In this document: positions 58,078 through 64,000 of the stretch, in pieces
Layout: the number at the start of each line of letters is the position of its first letter
How positions within the stretch are numbered: position 1 is the stretch's first letter
IMG/VR virus record: IMGVR_UViG_3300037395_000062
Location: 1-64,000 of that record
From: a virus
Direction: 5' to 3' (one strand)
Length of the DNA stretch: 64,000 bases
Notes under the pieces: model-generated
Seen by the model: the letters and a program-made list of their open reading frames with translations, nothing else
Told to the model about the DNA's origin: nothing
Databases searched by the model: none
Position numbers and translations under genes: made by a program

Positions 58078-58267
58078 GCTTCTCCCGCCAATAATCCACC
58101 GGCGTGAAACTCCACCCCTTACCGGTCGCGTAAGTGTGCAACCGTTCCGGCGTCCAGCCTATTGAATAGCCCAGGATAGGTGCCGTACGGCAGATGATAC
58201 CGTCGGTTGCTACGACGCCTGCGTTAAAATGCGGCGCATCGACCTCGTAAAGCGCCTTAACCGTCAC
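58070..58267 (-). CDS. Small hypothetical phage protein
   Basis: APHF.AG..APIL motif; coupled to terL. Confidence 0.6.
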   Translation of the reverse strand: MTVKALYEVDAPHFNAGVVATDGIICRTAPILGYSIGWTPERLHTYATGKGWSFTPVDYWREKHV

Positions 58268-59138
58268 TTCGCGAACCGAACACAGGTGCGAGATCGATCA
58301 CGCCTTCCGGCAGATCGGCCTTGCCGACCGGCTTGCGCTCGCGACCTTCGCCTTTGAACTTGTTCGCCTCGTCGGCCAGCCGGCGCGCCTCCCTGCCGGA
58401 GGTGCCGTGCTCCCTGGCGATGCCGGGATCGTTCGCCTCTGCGTTGAACAGTTTCCGCTGCTTCTCGGTGTATGGCATCTCAACCTCCTCCGTCCCGCCG
58501 GTCGAACGTATACCATTGCGGACCCAGCGAAAAGCCGGGTTTCCGCTTCTGTACCTGCTGCCTGTCGGCACTCGATTCCAACCATGCAGCGCCATGTATC
58601 GTGCTGCATCATCCGGTCCACAAATCCAGTGCTCCCAGCGCTGTATCCATGCCGAACCATTACGTATGAGGTCGCGCGATTCAGTGGCTCCGTTAGCGTA
58701 ACGGCTAGTCCTGCGGCCTCCGCAATCAACCATTACCGGAACCTTGTGGCGTTCCGTCTTCGTCCATCCGGAACATTCGTAGACATAGCCTGTATGTCCC
58801 TGGCTTTCGTCGGAGAATGTCACCAGCACGGGCCAACGTGTCCTGTCGATCAGGTTGCGCATCTGAAAACGTAGGGGTTTCGATACGTGTTTCAGCCTAC
58901 GTCTGTGTTTCGGTACTGCAACCATTCGCAACAAGGCCAGAACGCCCGCCGGCTGTTGTTCGCACACGCTCTTTGCGGCCCCTGGAGGAGGCGGTTGCCA
59001 TGCGTAGGCGGCGACGGGAACCTCATCCTCGAAAACGGCGAACGCATAGACCTTAACACCTCCGGCCGAACCGTATGAGTGGAATTGCGCGCACATATCG
59101 CGAACCACATCGAGTGAGCAAGGTCGTATATCGAACAC
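58257..59138 (-). CDS. Mom-like GNAT DNA-modification protein, read in frame into a small downstream protein (MPYTEKQ, 58257-58478)
   Basis: H.Y.., L.RM, LVTFSDESQGHTGYVY..SGW (Mu Mom-family pattern). Confidence 0.7.
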   Translation of the reverse strand: MFDIRPCSLDVVRDMCAQFHSYGSAGGVKVYAFAVFEDEVPVAAYAWQPPPPGAAKSVCEQQPAGVLALLRMVAVPKHRRRLKHVSKPLRFQMRNLIDRTRWPVLVTFSDESQGHTGYVYECSGWTKTERHKVPVMVDCGGRRTSRYANGATESRDLIRNGSAWIQRWEHWICGPDDAARYMALHGWNRVPTGSRYRSGNPAFRWVRNGIRSTGGTEEVEMPYTEKQRKLFNAEANDPGIAREHGTSGREARRLADEANKFKGEGRERKPVGKADLPEGVIDLAPVFGSRSDG

Positions 59139-59384
59139 TCAACCTCCTCCGTCCCGCCGATCGAGCATACCGAAGGACGCGAGCAGAAGCCACACCGCGC
59201 ACACCTCGGTAGCGGATAGGCCCAGGATGACCAGCGCGAACGTCACGATCACGGGCCTGGCACCGTCAGGCTCAACGCCCAGAACAGTCCCAGAAGCCCG
59301 GCGATCAGCACGACGACGGCGCCGATCGGGCGGCCGAACGCCCAGGCGACGAGGAAGAACAGGATGAAAACGGCGATTCCCATG

Positions 59385-59654
59385 TCAGGATCGCCGATGA
59401 AACGCTGCTGCGTTCATCAACGCCGTAATGCGTGCGGCTTCGATCTTCGCCTCATCGAGCGTGTCGAACTCGGTCACGCAGCGTGCATCCGTCGCGGCCA
59501 ACCTGACGTACGGCCTGGGCGTCACGGTATCGGATTGGCACGCCGCGACGGACACGATATGGCCGGTGTTCAGCCAGCATCCGCTCGTCACTTCGACGGA
59601 CACGGTATGGCCGGTGTTCAGCCAGCGCCCACTCGTCACTTCGATCATCGTCAT
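59385..59654 (-). CDS. Hypothetical protein with a 16-aa tandem duplication
   Basis: EVTSGxWLNTGHxVSV twice; own TTGACA-17-TATAAC promoter. Confidence 0.55.
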   Translation of the reverse strand: MTMIEVTSGRWLNTGHTVSVEVTSGCWLNTGHIVSVAACQSDTVTPRPYVRLAATDARCVTEFDTLDEAKIEAARITALMNAAAFHRRS

Positions 59655-59866
59655 TCACATGTTTTCCTTGACGGCTAATCAGACGTTATACGCAACAGTT
59701 GTAAATGTCAACATAATACGCGACTTATACCGTAAATTTTGGTTCGGGGGTAGGCCGGTGCTCCAGGAGACAAAAACCACTCAGCCCCACCTACCCCCTC
59801 CATCGACCGCGGGTAAAACCGGCCAGGTGTGGCGACCGACGGGCCGCCTACCACCCTCCGGAAGGG

Positions 59867-60157
59867 TCAGGCCCTCGCCAGGCGCGGCCACACCGCTACC
59901 GCCTTGATCGGCTTGTAGCGCGCCGTGACGCATCCCGACACGTTCAACCGACCGAGGCGAGCGAACCATAGGCCACCCACCTTGCGGCACTGTGCAGGCT
60001 TGCCATGCTTGGCGAGCGACCAGCTGACGAACACGCGACCCACCTTGAGGAAACGCACACCTCCAACCTTGCGGTATGAGGTGACGAATGCGTCATCGAA
60101 CACGGTGTGCACCGCAGTCAGGACCAATAGGATATCGGAAATAGTGAAAGCGGACAT
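59867..60157 (-). CDS. Hypothetical early protein
   Basis: RKVGG.RF..VGR duplicated; preceded by the repeated cassette. Confidence 0.55.
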   Translation of the reverse strand: MSAFTISDILLVLTAVHTVFDDAFVTSYRKVGGVRFLKVGRVFVSWSLAKHGKPAQCRKVGGLWFARLGRLNVSGCVTARYKPIKAVAVWPRLARA

Positions 60158-60305
60158 TGGGGTTACTCCGTTCGGTTGCGATGACACCTATATAGCGTCG
60201 CTATGCAATGCTGTCAACGATAAATCGTCGCCACGCACAACAAAAACCTAACCCGTTGATTCTAAAACATGCGAACAATCAATAGTTGTAATTTCAACCG
60301 TAAGT

Positions 60306-60333
60306 AGAACGCATAATGGCGATTATGTTAAGT
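60306..60333 (+). other. dif: dif-like XerC/XerD recombination site
   Basis: AGAACGCATAA-TGGCGA-TTATGTTAAGT versus E. coli dif GGTGCGCATAA-TGTATA-TTATGTTAAAT. Confidence 0.8.
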
Positions 60334-60467
60334 AATCAACAATTGCAAATGCCGCAATATCAACGGGTTACGAAAAACGTGAATCCGACTAGGAAAACTT
60401 GCGATTGCCTGTTGACATGGCGCTAGTGCGACGCTACATAGGTGTCATCGCAACCGGAGTAACCGAC

Positions 60468-60833
60468 ATGCCTATATACCGCGTAACCGACAGGGTTCGT
60501 AACGTCATTACGCAAGGCGAAGGCCTCCGGCCGGTGCTGCGTTTCGCACGCAAATACCCGGTCGAGATTATCCGCGTCGACGTATCGGTTGAACAACCCG
60601 AGATGTACGCGGTGACGTTCTACTTCGATCCGGAAGGCCGGCGAGGTTACGAATGCATGGTGCGATTCGCGGATTGGCGCGTGCTGCTCGATTGGCTGCT
60701 CGCTCGCCGCAGCTGGACCGCACTGCACCGTATCCGCTTCGCGCATCGCGGCACGTACGAACTGGCGCTGCAGGATAAGCGCACCGCTCGCCTAGTCGCA
60801 AAGGGTATCACGATCGCAGGACCTGCAATCTGA
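60468..60833 (+). CDS. Hypothetical early protein
   Basis: ATG at the end of a cassette. Confidence 0.65.
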   Translation: MPIYRVTDRVRNVITQGEGLRPVLRFARKYPVEIIRVDVSVEQPEMYAVTFYFDPEGRRGYECMVRFADWRVLLDWLLARRSWTALHRIRFAHRGTYELALQDKRTARLVAKGITIAGPAI

Positions 60834-60892
60834 CTGTTGACAAACACATATAGCGATGCTGTTGTGCCGCTATAGCAACCGGAGTAGCCGAC

Positions 60893-61249
60893 ATGAACGC
60901 GTGGATATATCAATCTGCATTGCTGTGTGACGATTGCGCACGCGATAAGCGAATCAAACTCAACCGTGAGTTAGTCACACTCGCGGACCGTGACGGCAAT
61001 TCAGACATGGCGCCACAAGGCCCTTACGCAAACGGAGGTGGTGAGGCAGATTGCCCGCAATCGTGCGACCTGTGCGGCACGTTCCTGGAAAACCCACTTA
61101 CCGACGACGGAATCGAATACGTAAAAGAGTGCATTCGCAATGGGCATACGCTGCACGCGTCGGGCCGAAAACTACTGTGCATATGGTCGAATCCAGTCGT
61201 TAAGGAATGGTCAGATTTCTACGAAATACAAGCCGGCGAGACTGATTAG
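60893..61249 (+). CDS. Hypothetical Zn-finger early protein
   Basis: CDDC and CDLC; cassette upstream. Confidence 0.65.
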   Translation: MNAWIYQSALLCDDCARDKRIKLNRELVTLADRDGNSDMAPQGPYANGGGEADCPQSCDLCGTFLENPLTDDGIEYVKECIRNGHTLHASGRKLLCIWSNPVVKEWSDFYEIQAGETD

Positions 61250-61309
61250 ATATTTGACAAACACATATAGCGACGCCACGTAGCCGCTATCGCAACCGGA
61301 GTAACCGAC

Positions 61310-61576
61310 ATGACCGTAACCTTGATGGACAACATGATCGTCCAAGCCATCACCACCAAATATATCGGACCGAGCAACACGCGTTCCGGCCGGATCAAGG
61401 CCAGCGCTGCAGCGGGATCGGTCACCATCCCATATCCAAGTCAGCACGGCATGGAGCGTGCGCACGCCACGGCCGCTCTCGCCCTGTGCGAAAAACTGGG
61501 CTGGTCAGGCACGCTCGCCCAAGGTGGCATGCCTAGCGATTCCGGCTACGCCTTCGTATTCACTGGTAGGTGCTAA
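61310..61576 (+). CDS. Hypothetical early protein
   Basis: QAITTKYIGPSNTRSGRIKA; cassette upstream. Confidence 0.7.
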   Translation: MTVTLMDNMIVQAITTKYIGPSNTRSGRIKASAAAGSVTIPYPSQHGMERAHATAALALCEKLGWSGTLAQGGMPSDSGYAFVFTGRC

Positions 61577-61766
61577 GCGCTATGGCTCATGATTCACCAG
61601 ACAGCGACTTCCCGTCTCTGTTGCAGGACGTCAACGCCAACTTAAGCGACGCTATCGACGCATGGGAGAAAGGCGACATGTCGGATGCACTAAGGCTTGT
61701 TCGCAATGCGCTGCACGACGTGCGCAATGCGATTGACGATATCGAATTAAGTGAAGGCGAAACACC

Positions 61767-61970
61767 ATGACACAAGATTCAACCGGCCGCGTCTATCGCA
61801 CGTTCACGCGTCGCGCCAAAAACTGGGAACAGTTCGCCACCGCCCGCAAGCACGCGATCGATCGCAATCTGACGTTGGACGAGGCACGTCGCGCGTGCAC
61901 CGCATTCAACGATCATCGCACCGAAGCACAGGTCCGCGACGGCACCAAAATGGAGTTCGAACACCAATGA
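61767..61970 (+). CDS. Hypothetical early protein
   Basis: Coupled ORF. Confidence 0.55.
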   Translation: MTQDSTGRVYRTFTRRAKNWEQFATARKHAIDRNLTLDEARRACTAFNDHRTEAQVRDGTKMEFEHQ

Positions 61971-62350
61971 CACCGCGACAGATCGCCACCGGGCAGGCCA
62001 TGCGCGCCCGCGGCACCTCGGATGCCGCCATCGGCCAGCGCTTCGGCGTGACGCGCCAGCACGTACACGCCAAGCTGGGGCCACGGCCGGCGCTACGCAA
62101 GGTGCCTGACCCACCACGCAACGGCGTGACACCGGAGGCGTTCGGTGCCGCCGTGAAGGCCTGGCGCGTCAACCGAAACCTGTCACAGAACGCAGCTGCG
62201 AAGCTGTTGCGGGTGGCCGGTCCGTCTGTATCGTTTTGGGAGCAAGGGCGGAACGGCTGCAGCCTGGCAGCCTCGATGCTGCTGCTGATGCGGTCGCTCG
62301 ATGCGGTCGAGGGAATCGAATCGCCGCGCGAAATCATGGTTGACACTTAG
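61967..62350 (+). CDS. Double helix-turn-helix (XRE-type) regulator
   Basis: AAIGQRFGVTRQHV and LSQNAAAKLLRV....VSFWEQG. Confidence 0.8.
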   Translation: MTPRQIATGQAMRARGTSDAAIGQRFGVTRQHVHAKLGPRPALRKVPDPPRNGVTPEAFGAAVKAWRVNRNLSQNAAAKLLRVAGPSVSFWEQGRNGCSLAASMLLLMRSLDAVEGIESPREIMVDT

Positions 62351-62395
62351 CTGTAGCGTCGCTATATAATAGTCAGTGCAACAGGAGTAGCACAT

Positions 62396-62692
62396 ATGCC
62401 TTACGTTCAAGTCTGGCGCGATGGTTCCGCGCAATGCCAGGTGAAAGACCTAAAACTTGGTCAGAGAATCGACCTCGAGAACGATGTGTTCGCGGACCCG
62501 AACGGTTATGTCGATCCTGGAAACGGCGAGATAGCGTTTCAGTGCGAGTTCCAGGAAGTGCTGCAGATCGAAATCGAATCACCGGACTGCACGTTGATCG
62601 GTTATTCGGGAGGCGCATGTGGTTTTCCGCCTGACCACTGGCTTTGCGTCGACGGCGAACAAACCGGCGAACCTGAAGATATCGGGGAGTAG
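62396..62692 (+). CDS. Small acidic early protein
   Basis: Cassette upstream; strongly acidic. Confidence 0.65.
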   Translation: MPYVQVWRDGSAQCQVKDLKLGQRIDLENDVFADPNGYVDPGNGEIAFQCEFQEVLQIEIESPDCTLIGYSGGACGFPPDHWLCVDGEQTGEPEDIGE

Positions 62693-62700
62693 ATAGTTAC

Positions 62701-63063
62701 ATGCGAAACAAAATCGTAATACCTGTTCCGATTAAGCCGGAACCGTTGATATCTCTGGAGATACACAAGCGTATGGACACGATGGGCCTTGAAGTCATGT
62801 CCTACTTTAATCGCACCACCGGCCTGGACGGTGAAGGCCGCACTTACTGGATCCCGGAACACATCGCGGGTGCCGATGGTGCGTTTATACTTTGGCGCTA
62901 CGCCACCGACCCAAAGAACAACTACAAACTTGACGGATGGTTCCCGCAAATCGGACCACACATCCATGGCGGCTTCCACAGTTCGATCACGTCAGCGCTA
63001 GCCTGGATACAGCGTGCCCGCGACGTACGCGACGGCAAGGTAAAGGATTTTCGCGGCGTTTGA
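62701..63063 (+). CDS. Hypothetical early protein
   Basis: GGGGAG SD. Confidence 0.55.
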   Translation: MRNKIVIPVPIKPEPLISLEIHKRMDTMGLEVMSYFNRTTGLDGEGRTYWIPEHIAGADGAFILWRYATDPKNNYKLDGWFPQIGPHIHGGFHSSITSALAWIQRARDVRDGKVKDFRGV

Positions 63064-63137
63064 CAACTATTTCACTTGACGTGCATATGCCATGACGCTA
63101 TACAGACCAAGCCAACCCGGAAACAGGAGTCCCGACG

Positions 63138-64000
63138 ATGAAATATGAACTGACTGCCGAGACGAAGGTCGTCTTCGGAATCACCCTGAAGCGCATTCGC
63201 GCACTGATCGATATAGGCATATCGGTTAAAGCTGGCGACCTCGGCGGGTATATCGAGAAAGAAAGCAACCTCGACGCCAGTGTGTCCGGCAACACGTGGG
63301 TGTTCGGCAACGCCAGTGTGTCCGGCAACGCCAGTGTGTCCGGCGACGCCAGTGTGTCCGGCGACGCCCGTGTGTTCGGCGACGCCCGTGTGTTCGGCGA
63401 CGCCAGTGTGTCCAGCAACGCCAGTGTGTTCGGCAACGCCAGTGTGTCCGGCGACGCCCGTGTGTTCGGCAACGCCAGTGTGTCCGGCGACGCCCGTGTG
63501 TTCGGCGACGCCAGTGTGTCCGGCAACGCCAGTGTGTCCGGCAACGCCAGTGTGTTCGGCAACGCCAGTGTGTCCGGCGACGCCCGTGTGTTCGGCAACG
63601 CCAGTGTGTGCGGGAACGACCGTGTGTCCGGCAACGCCAGTGTGTCCGGCGACGCCCGTGTGTTCGGCAACGCCAGTGTGTTCGGCGACGCCAGTGTGTC
63701 CGGCGACGCCAGTGTGTCCGGCAACACGTGGGTGTTCGGCAACGCCCGTGTGTTCGGCAACGCCAGTGTGTTCGGCGACGCCAGTGTGTCCGGCGACGCC
63801 AGTGTTGACGCTTTTAATATCATCGCGACACGCTCAGACGGATACACATTTGGGATATGGAAACAGACGAATGGTGCGCCGCCGAGGATCACAGCCGGTT
63901 GCCGGAATTTCACCATCACTGAGGCGCGCGCTCATTGGTCTGCGACCCGCGGCGGAACTCGACTCGGCGACGAAAGCCTGACGCTGATCAACCACCTTGA
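63138..64000 (+). CDS. Hexapeptide-repeat (beta-helix) phage protein, truncated by the window edge
   Basis: Manual translation: MKYELT..LKRIRAL..GDLGGYIEKESNL, about 29 copies of [ND]A[SR]V[SF]G, then RSDGYTF..AGCRNFT..EARAHW. Confidence 0.85.
   Translation, partial: MKYELTAETKVVFGITLKRIRALIDIGISVKAGDLGGYIEKESNLDASVSGNTWVFGNASVSGNASVSGDASVSGDARVFGDARVFGDASVSSNASVFGNASVSGDARVFGNASVSGDARVFGDASVSGNASVSGNASVFGNASVSGDARVFGNASVCGNDRVSGNASVSGDARVFGNASVFGDASVSGDASVSGNTWVFGNARVFGNASVFGDASVSGDASVDAFNIIATRSDGYTFGIWKQTNGAPPRITAGCRNFTITEARAHWSATRGGTRLGDESLTLINHL
63273..63805 (+). repeat. 18-bp coding tandem repeat
   Basis: Units of the form RACGCCMGTGTGTYCGGC. Confidence 0.95.

Larger units (their letters stand above)
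60155..63140. promoter_or_regulatory. Repeated promoter-operator-RBS cassettes (about 6 copies)
   Basis: TTGACA..TAGCGWCGCTA..GCAAC(C)GGAGTARCC.ACATG near 60155-60218(-), 60412, 60837, 61254, 62340 and 63060. Confidence 0.85.

Noticed and set aside
63273-63805. Possible CRISPR array
   Set aside because: Contiguous 18-bp in-frame coding repeats with no spacers and no cas genes
63098-63981. Cys/Arg-rich and antisense repeat ORFs in the track
   Set aside because: Alternative frames of the repeat; the RBS-backed frame starts at 63138

Overview
This window is about 64 kb of a GC-rich contractile-tailed (myovirus-like) phage or prophage, probably of an alphaproteobacterium. The host is inferred from a suhB/MmgR-type sRNA motif and is not proven. 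From right to left it holds: an early region of small genes, each behind a repeated TTGACA promoter/operator/RBS cassette; a dif-like Xer site (60306-60333); a Mom-like acetyltransferase; terminase; a double O-methyltransferase; portal; a 1227-aa multi-domain glycosyltransferase; prohead protease; an InPase-scaffold fusion; major capsid protein; a GIY-YIG homing endonuclease; neck, sheath, tube, chaperone, tape-measure and hub genes; an oppositely oriented baseplate block; five fibre/spike-like proteins that carry signal peptides; and a lysis/envelope module. A 36-tRNA array covering all 20 amino acids, followed by an HNH gene, splits the lysis module. The best candidate for a new system is the array's leader: a leaderless 32-codon uORF rich in diverse and AT-rich codons that overlaps a mutually exclusive antiterminator/terminator pair. 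This is the layout of a ribosome-stalling attenuator that could switch the tRNA array on when host tRNAs are depleted. Other highlights are exported, Cys-paired tail-appendage-like proteins, a candidate virion glycosylation system, a phage-borne alpha-r8-like sRNA and several direct-repeat-flanked morons. All calls come from manual reading; no searches were run.
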